A stretch of DNA of 64,000 nt from NCBI GenBank assembly GCA_001002325.1, contig LCNZ01000001.1, forward strand, positions 3,773-67,772, in the 5' to 3' direction. Shown here one piece after another: positions 19,020-29,820 of the stretch. Numbering within the stretch: position 1 is the stretch's first letter; every line of letters begins with the position of its first letter. The notes beneath the pieces are model-generated. The model saw nothing but the letters and a program-made list of their open reading frames with translations, did no database searches and had not been told where the DNA came from. Position numbers and translations under genes: made by a program. Source of the DNA: Candidatus Amesbacteria bacterium GW2011_GWB1_47_19 (lineage in GTDB: Bacteria; Patescibacteriota; Microgenomatia; CAZETR01; Amesbacteraceae).

Positions 19020-20309
19020 ATGGAAAAAATCTGGACGACATTGCGGAGGGTATGGTCAGCCCGAGATTTGAGAAAAAAACTGGTATTTACAGCGGTGATG
19101 CTGGTGCTATACAGGCTGCTGGCACATATTCCGGTGGCGGGTGTAGACCGGGCGGCATTAAAGCAATTGTTTTCGGGCAGTCAGCTTCTGGGGCTTTTAG
19201 ATATCTTTTCCGGAGGGACGCTGGCTAATTTCAGCCTGGTGGCATTGGGTTTGGGACCGTATATAAACGCTTCGATTATTATGCAACTTCTAACGGTGAT
19301 TTTTCCCAAACTGGAGGAGCTGCAGAAAGAGGGAGAATACGGCCGGGAGGTAGTGAATCAATATACACGGTTTCTGACGGTACCGATTTCGATCCTGCAG
19401 GGATTGGGTATGTACTTCCTGTTAAACAGCCAGGCAGTTATCAGCGGGCTGGGACCGGCAGCGCTTCTGGCGCTGATAGTAACCATGATGGCCGGGACGA
19501 TGTTAACCGTCTGGTTGGGCGAGTTGATATCGGAATACGGGGTAGGAAACGGTATCAGCCTGCTAATTTTCGCCGGGATAGTGGGAAGACTTCCGGTGGT
19601 TTTAGGGCAGACTGCCCTGACACTGGAAACTATGAATTTGGGTAATTTGCTGATATTTGGCAGTGTGAGCCTGGTAGTAGTGGCGGCGGTAGTATTTATG
19701 AATGAGGCTTCAAGAAATATTGTGGTGCATTACGCGAAGAGGATAAGAGCGGGAAAAATCTACGGGGGACAATCGACCCATTTGCCGCTCCGGGTAAACC
19801 AGGCAGGAGTTATTCCGATTATTTTCGCAGTGTCTCTGGTTCTGCTACCGTCGATGGTGGGTAAATTTGTGGAACGAGCCCCCAATCAATTGATAGCCAA
19901 TACGGCTAAAACCGTGATGGCAGTGATGCAACCCGGAGGCTGGACATACAATCTGATATATTTTGTACTGGTGGTAGGGTTTACTTATTTCTATACAGCT
20001 GTGGTCTTTAATCCCGAAAAAATTGCGGATGACCTGAAAAAATATGGTGGGTTTATACCCGGAATCAGACCGGGTGAAGCTACGGCCAAGTATCTGTCGG
20101 GGGTGCTGAACAGGATTACTTTCGCCGGCGCGCTGTTTTTGGGAGCCATCGCCATATTGCCGGCGATCGCCCAGGTTTTCTTCAGAATACCGACCATGAC
20201 CATCGGAGGGACCGGACTGTTGATTGTGGTATCAGTGGTACTGGAAACGACCAAGTCGCTGCAATCCCAGCTGCTGGTACGTAATTATGAGGGGTTTTTA
20301 GGATCATGA
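19020..20309 (+). CDS. secY: preprotein translocase SecY
   Basis: [40 protein letters not shown]. Confidence 0.99.
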   Translation: MEKIWTTLRRVWSARDLRKKLVFTAVMLVLYRLLAHIPVAGVDRAALKQLFSGSQLLGLLDIFSGGTLANFSLVALGLGPYINASIIMQLLTVIFPKLEELQKEGEYGREVVNQYTRFLTVPISILQGLGMYFLLNSQAVISGLGPAALLALIVTMMAGTMLTVWLGELISEYGVGNGISLLIFAGIVGRLPVVLGQTALTLETMNLGNLLIFGSVSLVVVAAVVFMNEASRNIVVHYAKRIRAGKIYGGQSTHLPLRVNQAGVIPIIFAVSLVLLPSMVGKFVERAPNQLIANTAKTVMAVMQPGGWTYNLIYFVLVVGFTYFYTAVVFNPEKIADDLKKYGGFIPGIRPGEATAKYLSGVLNRITFAGALFLGAIAILPAIAQVFFRIPTMTIGGTGLLIVVSVVLETTKSLQSQLLVRNYEGFLGS

Positions 20310-20956
20310 ATGTTGCCATAATCGGACCCCAAGGCTGCGGAAAAGGGACCCAAGCCCAGCTTTTGGCAGATAAATCAGGATTGGACCGGGTGGAAACCGG
20401 AAAGATTCTTAGAGAAATAGCCGAAACAAATCATCCTTGGGGAAAGCGGATAAAGAACATGATGCTCAAGGGAGTATTGGTGTCTGACGACATATTACTG
20501 GCGGTACTTAAAGAAACTCTTTTAAAAGACGTAAATAACGGTTTTGTATTTGACGGCACACCCCGGAATTTATCCCAATATGAATTAATAAAGGAGATTC
20601 TGAAGAAAAAGGGTGAAAAATTGAATGTGATAATTCTTCTGGAAATATCCGAGGCGGAAACCGTGAGAAGAATATCTTCAAGACGAACGTGCAGCAAGTG
20701 CGGCAGAGTATATAACTTGGTGACCAATCCCCCTCCGGCAGAGAAGGTATGCGAGTGTGGAGGTGAATTGGTCCATAGAGAGGATGATTTCCCGGAAGCC
20801 ATCATAAAAAGGCTCGGGGCTTATAGAAGATCGACTCTGAAAGTTGTGGATGCCGCCCGCCGGGAAGGAATTCTGGTTGAGGTGGACGGGGAAAGGCCGA
20901 TTGAGGAAATACATAGCGACATAATTTCCAAGCTCCAAATCCTAAATCCAAAATAA
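20306..20956 (+). CDS. adk: adenylate kinase with zinc lid
   Basis: [23 protein letters not shown]...CECG. Confidence 0.95.
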   Translation: MNVAIIGPQGCGKGTQAQLLADKSGLDRVETGKILREIAETNHPWGKRIKNMMLKGVLVSDDILLAVLKETLLKDVNNGFVFDGTPRNLSQYELIKEILKKKGEKLNVIILLEISEAETVRRISSRRTCSKCGRVYNLVTNPPPAEKVCECGGELVHREDDFPEAIIKRLGAYRRSTLKVVDAARREGILVEVDGERPIEEIHSDIISKLQILNPK

Positions 20957-20958
20957 TT

Positions 20959-21738
20959 ATGGATAAATTCACGATTAAGACGGCGGAGGAAATAAAGATC
21001 ATGGCGGAGGGAGGCCGGAAATTAGCCAGAGTGAGGGATGAGACAATTAAACAAATAGCAGCCGGTATGACTACGGCCGAAATTGACAGGATAGCTGAGA
21101 AACTGATCCGGGAAGAGGGAGGTGAAGCGTCGTTCAAAATGGTGCCGGGATATCATCATGCGACTTGTGTAAATGTAAACGGCGAGGTAGTACACGGTAT
21201 TCCCGGAAAGAGACTTGTGGTCGAGGGAGATATAGTAGGGCTGGATGTGGGGCTATTGTATAAGGGGTGGCATACGGACACGGCGATGACAGTTGTTGTA
21301 AATTCAAAATTCAAAGCGCAAAATTCAAAACTTGACGAATTTCTGGAAGTCGGGAGAAAAGCCCTTAATAGGGCGATTGAGCAGGCGAGACCGGGGAGAA
21401 GGATTGCGGATATTTCTAGGGAGATGCAGAACACAGTGGAAGCGGCCGGATACTCGGTAGTAAAAGCACTGACGGGACACGGGATCGGCAGACAGCTGCA
21501 TGAAGAGCCGGCTATTCCCTGTTTCCGGCTGGGTAGGAATGGGCAAACCCGCGAAATTGTGGCAGGAATGGTTCTGGCGATAGAGGTGATGTACAATATG
21601 GGCGGGTCTGAAGTGGTTTATGCCGGTAGCGATGGTTGGACAATAGCTACGGCTGATGGTAAAATATCTGGGTTGTTCGAGCATACCGTGGCCGTGACAA
21701 AATCCGGTCCGGAAGTTTTGACGGCAGTGAAAAAATGA
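20959..21738 (+). CDS. map: methionine aminopeptidase type I
   Basis: VVHGIP, HTDTA, GHGIG..LHEEP, FEHTV. Confidence 0.97.
   Translation: MDKFTIKTAEEIKIMAEGGRKLARVRDETIKQIAAGMTTAEIDRIAEKLIREEGGEASFKMVPGYHHATCVNVNGEVVHGIPGKRLVVEGDIVGLDVGLLYKGWHTDTAMTVVVNSKFKAQNSKLDEFLEVGRKALNRAIEQARPGRRIADISREMQNTVEAAGYSVVKALTGHGIGRQLHEEPAIPCFRLGRNGQTREIVAGMVLAIEVMYNMGGSEVVYAGSDGWTIATADGKISGLFEHTVAVTKSGPEVLTAVKK
21299..21333 (+). repeat. AAAATTC heptamer array inside map
   Basis: taaattc aaaattc aaagcgc aaaattc aaaactt. Confidence 0.8.
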
Positions 21739-21974
21739 CAAATCCCACGCTTTTTGAGGTCGAGGGAGTGGTGATGGAAAATTTGCCCAATACATCGTTT
21801 CGGGTGAGAATTACCAGCAACACACCGGAAACCCTGGCGGAAAAAGTTCTGCTGTGCCATCTGGCAGGAAGAATGAGGCGGAACTGGGTGAGGTTATTAC
21901 CAGGAGATAAAGTGCGCCTGGAGGTAAACAGCCTGGATATCTCCAAAGGAAGAATAGTGTACAGGCTGAAATAG
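21735..21974 (+). CDS. infA: translation initiation factor IF-1
   Basis: [23 protein letters not shown]. Confidence 0.96.
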   Translation: MTNPTLFEVEGVVMENLPNTSFRVRITSNTPETLAEKVLLCHLAGRMRRNWVRLLPGDKVRLEVNSLDISKGRIVYRLK

Positions 21975-21979
21975 TAACC

Positions 21980-22093
21980 ATGAAAGTTGCAGCATCCATT
22001 AAGACCAGATGCCGGAATTGCCGGATAATTAAACGGAGGGGAACTCTATTTGTTATTTGCGTAAATCCCAGGCACAAACAACGCCAAGGGTAA
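21980..22093 (+). CDS. rpmJ: 50S ribosomal protein L36
   Basis: Manual translation [37 protein letters not shown]; below the ORF-track cutoff. Confidence 0.97.
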   Translation: MKVAASIKTRCRNCRIIKRRGTLFVICVNPRHKQRQG

Positions 22094-22098
22094 AGGCA

Positions 22099-22524
22099 AT
22101 GCCGAGACTTGCAGGAGTAGATATTCCGGAAAATAAGCGTGTAGAAGCATCTCTGCAGTATATCTACGGAGTCGGGCGGATTAATGTCCGAGGTATTTTG
22201 GAAAAAGCCAAAGTGGACGGTAATAAGCGCACTAATCAATTGGCTTTAGAGGAGTTGTCCAGGCTGCAAAAAGTACTGGATGAAGTCAAAGTTGAAGGGG
22301 ATTTGAGAAAAGCGATTGGCCAGAATATTTCAAGGCTAAAAGAAACCGGGTCGTACAGAGGCATACGCCATGCGCGGGGTTTGCCGGCAAGAGGCCAGAG
22401 AACCCGGACAAATGCCCGGACAAAAAGAGGCAAGCGGATGACAATCGGCGCTCTGAAAAAAGAGGCTTTGGCTAAAGTTGAGGCTTCCAAAGTTGAGAAG
22501 GCTAAAAAGGAGGAGAAAAAATAA
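22099..22524 (+). CDS. rpsM: 30S ribosomal protein S13
   Basis: MPRLAGVDIP, YRGIRH, RGQRTRTNART; start re-assigned to ATG 22099. Confidence 0.98.
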   Translation: MPRLAGVDIPENKRVEASLQYIYGVGRINVRGILEKAKVDGNKRTNQLALEELSRLQKVLDEVKVEGDLRKAIGQNISRLKETGSYRGIRHARGLPARGQRTRTNARTKRGKRMTIGALKKEALAKVEASKVEKAKKEEKK

Positions 22525-22527
22525 AGT

Positions 22528-22875
22528 ATGAGCTCGTCAGGAAAAGTCTTTATTACTGCGACTTTTAACAATACTCTGGTAACCATCACCGATGCCGGGG
22601 GAAATGCAATAGCCTGGGGATCAGCCGGAGCGTCAGGATTTAAAGGGACGCGCAAATCAACTCCGTTTGCGGCGACTACAGCCGTGGAGGCTACCGCAAG
22701 AAAAGCCCAGGCGGCAGGCATTAAGGAAGTAGAAGTATACCTTAAAGGTCCCGGTTCCGGGAGGGATGCAGCGTTGCGAGCGCTGCGGGCTGCGGGCATG
22801 AAGATGCTGTTGATTGCCGATGTGACGCCGATGGCACATAACGGCGCCAGACAGAAGAAACGCAGGAGAGTTTAA
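22528..22875 (+). CDS. rpsK: 30S ribosomal protein S11
   Basis: [28 protein letters not shown]. Confidence 0.98.
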   Translation: MSSSGKVFITATFNNTLVTITDAGGNAIAWGSAGASGFKGTRKSTPFAATTAVEATARKAQAAGIKEVEVYLKGPGSGRDAALRALRAAGMKMLLIADVTPMAHNGARQKKRRRV

Positions 22876-23354
22876 GCAACGGCGATGGCTTCAGCCCGGG
22901 TGAGACGAATGAGCTGATCAGGGGGAATCGGAAATAGTGTCAAAGAGTGACCAGCGGCCGCCCAAACCTGCCGAAAGGCCAGTAAATCCCTGTCCAGTAG
23001 GGTACGGAGATGCGACTTGTGGGCTACCGGGGGTACGCCGCCGACAGGGAAGCCGGTGGTTTCCAAGACATACTCCAGCCCGGCGGTTTTGATCTTGGTG
23101 CCTAAATAGTCCCCCACCAACTGTTTGTCTACCCGGTTGGCACCACTGACGATAATCAGAACCGGTTGGTTAGACTGCACCTGATAAAAAACCAATGATT
23201 TGGCTATTTGCCCCAATTCGCAATCTAAAGCGGAAGCGGCTTCGGCGGCGGTATGCGCCATAGTATCCAGTAATTTGATTTGGGGCGTAAAACCGCGTTT
23301 TTCCAGCCAGTCTTTAACGCTAACAGATTCCGGAGGTAATTTATTATGACCCAT
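22872..23354 (-). CDS. YbaK/EbsC aminoacyl-tRNA deacylase family
   Basis: [28 protein letters not shown]. Confidence 0.9.
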   Translation of the reverse strand: MGHNKLPPESVSVKDWLEKRGFTPQIKLLDTMAHTAAEAASALDCELGQIAKSLVFYQVQSNQPVLIIVSGANRVDKQLVGDYLGTKIKTAGLEYVLETTGFPVGGVPPVAHKSHLRTLLDRDLLAFRQVWAAAGHSLTLFPIPPDQLIRLTRAEAIAVA

Positions 23355-23361
23355 GACGAAC

Positions 23362-25257
23362 TTAATTAACCACTTCGCCTTCCTCCGGTTTAGTTTCAGA
23401 TTTACTACTTTGATTATTTGAATCGCCGGAGGTATCCGACGGTCCGGCTGTCTGATCTGACGGCTGTTGATACATAGAGGAACCCAATTTTTGGAGCGAG
23501 TCCATAAGATCTTTGGATTTGGCTTCGAGATCTTCTTTGGTTCCGGTTTCCAGAATGTCTTTTAAGGGTTTTATTCTGTCTTCGACTTCTTTTTTCAGAT
23601 TTTCAGAGGCTTTATCACCGGCGTCTTTGAGGGTTTTTTCGGCGGTAAATATCAGAGAGTCGGCTTGATTACGGGCTTCAATATGGGATTTCTTTTCCGC
23701 ATCCTGCTGACTGTGTTTTTCGGCTTCCTCACGCATACGCTGGACTTCTTTTTCATCCAGGTTGGTGGAGTTGGTAATGGTGATGTGCTGTGATTTACCG
23801 GTGGCTTTGTCTTTGGCACTAACTTTGAGAATACCCGAGGCGTCGATATCGAAAGAGACTTCAACCTGGGGAACCCCGCGGGGGGCCGGCGGAATACCGT
23901 CCAGAATAAAGCGGCCTAAAGTCTTGTTATCTGTCGCCATGGGTCTTTCCCCCTGGAGGACATGAATTTCCACCGACATCTGACTGTCTGATGCGGTGGA
24001 GAAGATCTGGGATTTGCTGGTGGGGATAGTGGTATTTCTTTCGATCAGGGGAGTCATTACACTGCCCAAAGTTTCCAACCCGAGGGTTAGTGGGGTGACA
24101 TCTAAAAGGACCACATCTTTAACGTCCCCGGTCAATACTCCTCCCTGGATAGCGGCTCCAACAGCTACCACCTCGTCCGGATTAACACTGCGGTTGGGCT
24201 CCTTACCGAAGAAGTTTTTCACCGTCTCGATAACCTTGGGCATACGGGTCATACCACCTACCAGGACTATCTCATCAATATCTTTAGCGGTTTTTTTGGA
24301 ATCGGAGAGTGCGGCTTTAACCGGAGGAAGAGTTTTGTTGATCAACCCTTCAACAATTGACTCCAGTTTGGCGCGGGTGAGTTTGAGGTTTAAATGCAAA
24401 GGCTGACCGTCTTTTTGGGTGATATACGGCTGATTGATGTCGTACTCGAGGCTAGAGGAAAGTTCGATCTTGGCCTTTTCGGCGACGTCGCGAATCCGCT
24501 GCAGAGCTTGGGAATCTTTCTTCAGATCCACACCGTGATCCTTTTTGAATTCGGCAACAATCCAGTCCATAATTTCCTGATCGAAATCATCGCCTCCCAG
24601 ATGGGTATCACCATTGGTGGCTTTGACTTCAAAAACCCCATCACCTAGTTCCAGAATAGATATGTCGAATGTTCCCCCGCCCAAATCGTAAACAGCTACA
24701 GTGTGGGCATTTTTTTTGTCCAAACCATAAGCCAAGGCGGCAGCGGTAGGTTCGTTGATAATCCGGTCGACCTTGAGACCGGCAATTTCGCCTGCCTGTT
24801 TGGTTGCCTGGCGTTGGGAATCGTCAAAATAAGCCGGGACGGTAATCACCGCCTGATCCACGGGACCACCCAAATAGGCTTCGGCGTGGGCTTTCATGGT
24901 GCGGAGGATCATGGCGGATATTTCCTGGGGAGTATAAGTTTTTCCGGCTACTTCAACAGTCGCCATATTGTCTTTACCGGATACGATCTGGTAAGGAACC
25001 ATTGTCTGGGTACGTTTCACTTCCGGGTCGGATATTTTACGGCCCATGAGACGTTTAATACTGTAGATCGTATTTTTAGAGTTGAGGATCATCTGCCGCT
25101 TGGCCACGTCGCCAACCAGGTTTTTGACTGGTTCGACTACCGAAGGCGTGACGTTGCGACCGGTGTCAGCTGCCGGAATTACTTTGGGTTGACCGCCTTC
25201 CATGACTGCCAAACAGGAATTGGTGGTACCCAGATCGATGCCGATAATTTTGGACAT
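23362..25257 (-). CDS. dnaK: chaperone DnaK
   Basis: [30 protein letters not shown]. Confidence 0.99.
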   Translation of the reverse strand: MSKIIGIDLGTTNSCLAVMEGGQPKVIPAADTGRNVTPSVVEPVKNLVGDVAKRQMILNSKNTIYSIKRLMGRKISDPEVKRTQTMVPYQIVSGKDNMATVEVAGKTYTPQEISAMILRTMKAHAEAYLGGPVDQAVITVPAYFDDSQRQATKQAGEIAGLKVDRIINEPTAAALAYGLDKKNAHTVAVYDLGGGTFDISILELGDGVFEVKATNGDTHLGGDDFDQEIMDWIVAEFKKDHGVDLKKDSQALQRIRDVAEKAKIELSSSLEYDINQPYITQKDGQPLHLNLKLTRAKLESIVEGLINKTLPPVKAALSDSKKTAKDIDEIVLVGGMTRMPKVIETVKNFFGKEPNRSVNPDEVVAVGAAIQGGVLTGDVKDVVLLDVTPLTLGLETLGSVMTPLIERNTTIPTSKSQIFSTASDSQMSVEIHVLQGERPMATDNKTLGRFILDGIPPAPRGVPQVEVSFDIDASGILKVSAKDKATGKSQHITITNSTNLDEKEVQRMREEAEKHSQQDAEKKSHIEARNQADSLIFTAEKTLKDAGDKASENLKKEVEDRIKPLKDILETGTKEDLEAKSKDLMDSLQKLGSSMYQQPSDQTAGPSDTSGDSNNQSSKSETKPEEGEVVN

Positions 25258-25271
25258 ATATTTTTTTTAAA

Positions 25272-25745
25272 TTAGAGAGCCGGAGTTGAGTTGTTTATAA
25301 CGGTTTCTGTTTCCGGCTGTTTATAAACTTTTACCTTGGCCGGACGGAGGATATAATCTCCGATCCGGTACCCCTTGAGAATCAACTCTGCTATAGTATT
25401 TTGCTTTTTGCCATCCGTTAAATCAAGGGTCTGAGTACACTCATGACGGGTGTAATCGAACGGATCTCCGGGGGAAGGGGAGATAATTTCAAGGCCTTCA
25501 TCAACAAGTGCCTGGTGGAATTGTTTGGCGGCCATGCTGACACCCAGGTCTGCGGTGTGAGAAGCAGCTAACTCGAGGATATCCAGGGAAGGAAGTAGCC
25601 GGGCGATGAGGTTGGCGTTGGACATTTTTACAAATTCCTGTTTGTCGTGTTCGACCCGACGCAGGAGGTTTTGGTAGTCGGCTAGTGCCCTTTTCCAGCT
25701 TTCGTTGAGGGTTTTTATCTGGGTAGCTGATGTAACTTTGGACAT
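25272..25745 (-). CDS. grpE: nucleotide exchange factor GrpE
   Basis: RALADYQN, FD...HE, KGY...LRPAKV. Confidence 0.93.
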   Translation of the reverse strand: MSKVTSATQIKTLNESWKRALADYQNLLRRVEHDKQEFVKMSNANLIARLLPSLDILELAASHTADLGVSMAAKQFHQALVDEGLEIISPSPGDPFDYTRHECTQTLDLTDGKKQNTIAELILKGYRIGDYILRPAKVKVYKQPETETVINNSTPAL

Positions 25746-25755
25746 ATACTCGGGG

Positions 25756-26490
25756 TTATTCCCAATTGGAATGCATCTCGGACATTAACTGGGAAAAATA
25801 TTTAAGGGTGGGGATAACGTAGGGAAAATTGAGACGGCAGGGTCCGATAACTCCCAGACTCCCACGGTGGTTACGACCGGTGGAAAAGTAGGTAAAGGCC
25901 ATGCCTACCGGTTCAAAATAAGGCCAGCCTAAATCAGCTCCGAAGATAATGTGCACAGGATCCTGGCCGTAAGTCCTGTCGAAAAAAAGCTGCGTTAGCC
26001 GGGTCTGCTCGTCGAGCAGGGAAAGAACTGTACGGGTAACATCGATGTCGAAAAATTCCGGCGTATCCAAAATGTTGGCGACGCCGGCGTAATAAATATC
26101 GCCCTGGTCAGTAGCGACGACTGACAAGTTCTTGGTGCGTTCGGCTAAAGCCAGAGTCGCCTGGCGCATGAATTTATCGAAATCAAAACGCGAATCCCAG
26201 ACTTTTTCTTTGGCAGAAACTTCGTCTGCTACCGACAGGCGCTTTTCCTGCATTAGATTGTCGATATAAAAACGGAGAGCTACAGGAGTGGGTATGCGGC
26301 CGGCCGAGGTATGCGGCTGGTTCAGAAAACCCTGATGGGTGAGCTCAGACATTTCATTTCTGATGGTCGCCGGGGATACTCCCAGATTGTACTTCTTTTC
26401 CAACTGCTCGCTGGCAACCGGCTCGGCAGTGGAAATATATTCCTCGATGAGTGATTTAAGAATTTGGATTTGACGGGGGGAAAGATTCAT
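25756..26490 (-). CDS. hrcA: heat-inducible repressor HrcA (short form)
   Basis: SPATIRNEM, HTSAGRIPT, GVIGP.R; start re-assigned to ATG 26490. Confidence 0.95.
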   Translation of the reverse strand: MNLSPRQIQILKSLIEEYISTAEPVASEQLEKKYNLGVSPATIRNEMSELTHQGFLNQPHTSAGRIPTPVALRFYIDNLMQEKRLSVADEVSAKEKVWDSRFDFDKFMRQATLALAERTKNLSVVATDQGDIYYAGVANILDTPEFFDIDVTRTVLSLLDEQTRLTQLFFDRTYGQDPVHIIFGADLGWPYFEPVGMAFTYFSTGRNHRGSLGVIGPCRLNFPYVIPTLKYFSQLMSEMHSNWE

Positions 26491-26526
26491 TAGCAGAAAC
26501 TTAGCATGAGTGCTAACTGTTGTCAA
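26490..26526 (-). promoter_or_regulatory. CIRCE operator and promoter of hrcA-grpE-dnaK
   Basis: Minus strand TTAGCACTC-N9-TTCTGCTAA (26516-26490) within TTGACA-17-TAAGTT. Confidence 0.88.
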
Positions 26527-26555
26527 GAGGAAGAGGGGGACGTACAATAGGGGTC

Positions 26556-27917
26556 ATGAAAAATCGGGAGCAGACGATTTCTTTTATCGGTGTGGTGGTA
26601 ATGGCGCTGGTACTTCCGGGGATCCTGAAACTGGCCAATAACGCCGTGAGATATTGGGTGGGAGCGGAAGGCAGGCTGGCAGCGATTGCTGTGGAAACCG
26701 ATAGAACTCTGGGGCCTCTGCCCGGTGTGTGGCGGGGATTAGCCCAGGGCGGGGAAAACCTGCCGACCTTTCTGGATCAAGCCGGACCGCAGGTTGCAGC
26801 CCTAAAACCCGCGGTTGTCCGGATCGACCATATCTATGACGAATTTGAGGTGGTCAGCCGGGGATCGGGAGGACTGGTTTTTGACTGGACGAGGCTGGAC
26901 GTGTTGGCGGAAAAAATAAAAGCCACCGGTGCCGACCCTTTCTTTTCCCTGTCCTATATGCCGGCAGCGATTGCCTCCGGGGACCTAACTTCCCTACCCC
27001 GGGACTGGAATGAATGGAGCATGGTAGTGCAAAAAACAATCGAACATTACAGCGGAGAGAAAGGTTGGGAGGGAATTTATTACGAAGTCTGGAATGAACC
27101 TGATCTATTCGGACAATGGAAAATGGCAGGTAAAAAGGATTACCGAAGTCTGTATTATTATGCAGCTAAAGGAGCAGCTGCGGCACAGGGAGTAAAAGAC
27201 TTTAAGTTGGGAGGGCCGAGTACCACCGGGTTGTATCCCAACTGGCTGAATAATTTCTTTCCATTTGTTTTAAATAATAAACTACGGCTGGATTTCTTTT
27301 CCTGGCACAGATATGACCTGAATATGTCCAAGTACGCTGAAGATGTCCAAAATGTGGACCGGTGGATTGAAGGTCACCCGTATTTTTCCCAAGTGGAAAA
27401 AGTCGTGACCGAGATGGCACCGAGGAGTGAACCCGGACAGGAGAACGACTCCAGATTGGGAGCAGCGCACCTGGTGGCGGCATCCAGGGAATTGATGTTT
27501 CGGGTTCAGTACGCCCTGAGTTTCGCGGTGACGGGACAATGGGGAATAATCGGAAAACCGAGATATGAAGCTCTGGCATTTCTGTCCGGACTGGGAGAGC
27601 AAAGATTGGGAATAACCGGGGAAGGAAGCTGGGTAAGAGCTATCGGAGCCAAGAAAAATGAGGTTTACCAGGTGATATTGACCAATTATGATCCCAAAGG
27701 CGTGCACAGTGAGGTGGTGCCGGTGACGTTTATTAACCTGAAGGATTATAAATATCAGCTGAGAACTACATATCTGGGAGCACGCACCCAATCCGAGGAG
27801 ATCGCATCGGCTGCCGGAATTATGCAAAAGTCAGTACCCATGTCACCCAACAGTGTGGTGATGCTGGAACTGGAACCGGTAACCAATACTCAAGCCCCAA
27901 GCCTCAATTCTCAATAA
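26556..27917 (+). CDS. membrane-anchored clan GH-A glycoside hydrolase (GH39-like)
   Basis: N-terminal TM, VRIDHIYD, YEVWNEPD acid/base motif, DFFSWH, VTE nucleophile; start re-assigned behind TTGTCA-17-TACAAT. Confidence 0.8.
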   Translation: MKNREQTISFIGVVVMALVLPGILKLANNAVRYWVGAEGRLAAIAVETDRTLGPLPGVWRGLAQGGENLPTFLDQAGPQVAALKPAVVRIDHIYDEFEVVSRGSGGLVFDWTRLDVLAEKIKATGADPFFSLSYMPAAIASGDLTSLPRDWNEWSMVVQKTIEHYSGEKGWEGIYYEVWNEPDLFGQWKMAGKKDYRSLYYYAAKGAAAAQGVKDFKLGGPSTTGLYPNWLNNFFPFVLNNKLRLDFFSWHRYDLNMSKYAEDVQNVDRWIEGHPYFSQVEKVVTEMAPRSEPGQENDSRLGAAHLVAASRELMFRVQYALSFAVTGQWGIIGKPRYEALAFLSGLGEQRLGITGEGSWVRAIGAKKNEVYQVILTNYDPKGVHSEVVPVTFINLKDYKYQLRTTYLGARTQSEEIASAAGIMQKSVPMSPNSVVMLELEPVTNTQAPSLNSQ

Positions 27918-27933
27918 AGTTGCTCTCGATTTT

Positions 27934-29706
27934 TTAAACTTTCAAAATCGAGAGGAAGGCTTCCTGGGGGATGTCGACACGGCCGACGCGTTTCATTCTG
28001 GATTTACCTTTTTTTTGCTTTTTCAGAAGTTTATCTTTTCGGGTCTGGTCACCACCGTAAAGCTTGGCGGTAACGTCTTTTCTGAAAGGCTTAATGTCCG
28101 CCCTGGCGAGAACGTGACTGCCAATTGCAGCCTGGAGAGGAATCTCGAACTGTTGTCTGGGGATAATGTGTTTGAGACGGTTTATCAGGTCTACGGCAAT
28201 GTGGTGAGCTTTTTGACGGGCGACTATCTGGGACAAGGCATCCACCCTGTCGCCGGCCACCAGAATATCCAGCCGGACCAAATCAGCGGGGAAAAATCCC
28301 AGGAGTTCGTAATCCATGGTGGCATAACCCTGGGATACGCTTTTTAGGCGGTCGTAAAACTCCCGGATCATCTCCGCAAGAGGCATAAGATAGGTGAGAT
28401 GGACTAACTGTCCCAAATACCGGATGTCTCCGGCGGTCCCCCGGTGTTCCTGACAGAGGCGGATTACCCGACCCAGGAATTCACCGGGGGCAAAAATAGA
28501 GAGAGACACCACCGGTTCGCGGATTTCATGAATAACCGAAGGGTCCGGCAAATCCATTGCCTTGGAGATGACCAGGGGAGACATGGCCCCAGTCAGAATT
28601 TTGTAGGAAACGGATGGGGCAGCGGCTATCAGTTCCAGGTCAAATTCCCTCTCCAGGCGCTCTTGAACAATATCGGCATGCAACAACCCCAAAAGCCCCA
28701 CCCGAAAACCGTTTCCCAAGGCGGGAGAAAACTCCGGTGTGTATTGCAGGGAACTGTCCTGGAGACGCAACCTGTCAAGCGACGAACGTAATAAATTGAT
28801 CTGCGAACCGTCCGTGGGATAGAGGCTGATAAAAACGACCGGCTTGACCGCACTATAACCGGGAAGTACCGAGACGGGCTTGGTAGATATGGTATCGCCG
28901 ACCGTTAAAAGGGAGAGGTCTTTGAGGCTGGTGACGACATAACCTACTTCCCCGGCCTGTAAAAGCGGAACAGGCCGGCGGTGAGGGGAAAAGACACCGA
29001 CTTCCAAAGCGGGGCTTTTGGCACCGGTTCCCATCAGCAACAGCTGGTCGTGTCCCCGGATCTGACCATCCACTACCCGGATCCAAGCAATAACTCCCAA
29101 GTGATGATCAAAATTGGAATTAAAAACCAATGCCCGGAGGGGGCTACCGGGATTACCTCCCGGAGGAGGAATTCTGTTTATTACAGCCTGCAGGAGCTCC
29201 TGAACACCCTGGCCGGTTTTGGCGGAGATTAAAAGAATTGAGTCTGAGTCCAAGCCCAGAATTTCGGAAATTTGTTTTTTGGTGCCCGGGATATCTGCTG
29301 TCAGGATATCGATTTTATTGATAACCGGGATTATGAATAACCCCAGTTTCTTGGCTTGTTGGTGATGGGCCAAAGTCTGGGCTTGCACCCCCTGGGTGGC
29401 ATCGATTAAGAGAATTGCACCTTCACAGGCCGCCAGAGATCGGGAAACCTCATAAGAAAAATCCACATGGCCCGGTGTATCGATGAGATTTAGGATATAC
29501 GATTCATGATTTATGAGATATTCCATGCGGACGGGGGCGAGCTTGATGGTAATCCCCCGCTCCCGCTCGATGGGGTTGCTGTCCAGCAGCTGATTCTGCA
29601 TCAGACGCGCGGAAACCGTACCGGTTATTTCCAGCATGCGGTCTGCCAGTGTAGATTTACCATGGTCGATGTGGGCAATAATCGCGAAATTACGAATATT
29701 TTCCAT
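27934..29706 (-). CDS. lepA: elongation factor 4
   Basis: IRNFAIIAHIDHGKSTLADR, GLLHADI, RKDVTAKLYGGD. Confidence 0.98.
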   Translation of the reverse strand: MENIRNFAIIAHIDHGKSTLADRMLEITGTVSARLMQNQLLDSNPIERERGITIKLAPVRMEYLINHESYILNLIDTPGHVDFSYEVSRSLAACEGAILLIDATQGVQAQTLAHHQQAKKLGLFIIPVINKIDILTADIPGTKKQISEILGLDSDSILLISAKTGQGVQELLQAVINRIPPPGGNPGSPLRALVFNSNFDHHLGVIAWIRVVDGQIRGHDQLLLMGTGAKSPALEVGVFSPHRRPVPLLQAGEVGYVVTSLKDLSLLTVGDTISTKPVSVLPGYSAVKPVVFISLYPTDGSQINLLRSSLDRLRLQDSSLQYTPEFSPALGNGFRVGLLGLLHADIVQERLEREFDLELIAAAPSVSYKILTGAMSPLVISKAMDLPDPSVIHEIREPVVSLSIFAPGEFLGRVIRLCQEHRGTAGDIRYLGQLVHLTYLMPLAEMIREFYDRLKSVSQGYATMDYELLGFFPADLVRLDILVAGDRVDALSQIVARQKAHHIAVDLINRLKHIIPRQQFEIPLQAAIGSHVLARADIKPFRKDVTAKLYGGDQTRKDKLLKKQKKGKSRMKRVGRVDIPQEAFLSILKV

Positions 29707-29820
29707 GAGGGTATTTTACCAAGACGAATGGTATTATGACGATGTGGGTTCGGAACTTCCGGGATATCGGGAAGGCTATATCCAAACAGGCTCAGCGCGA
29801 GGAAGGAGATGATTTCCGTG

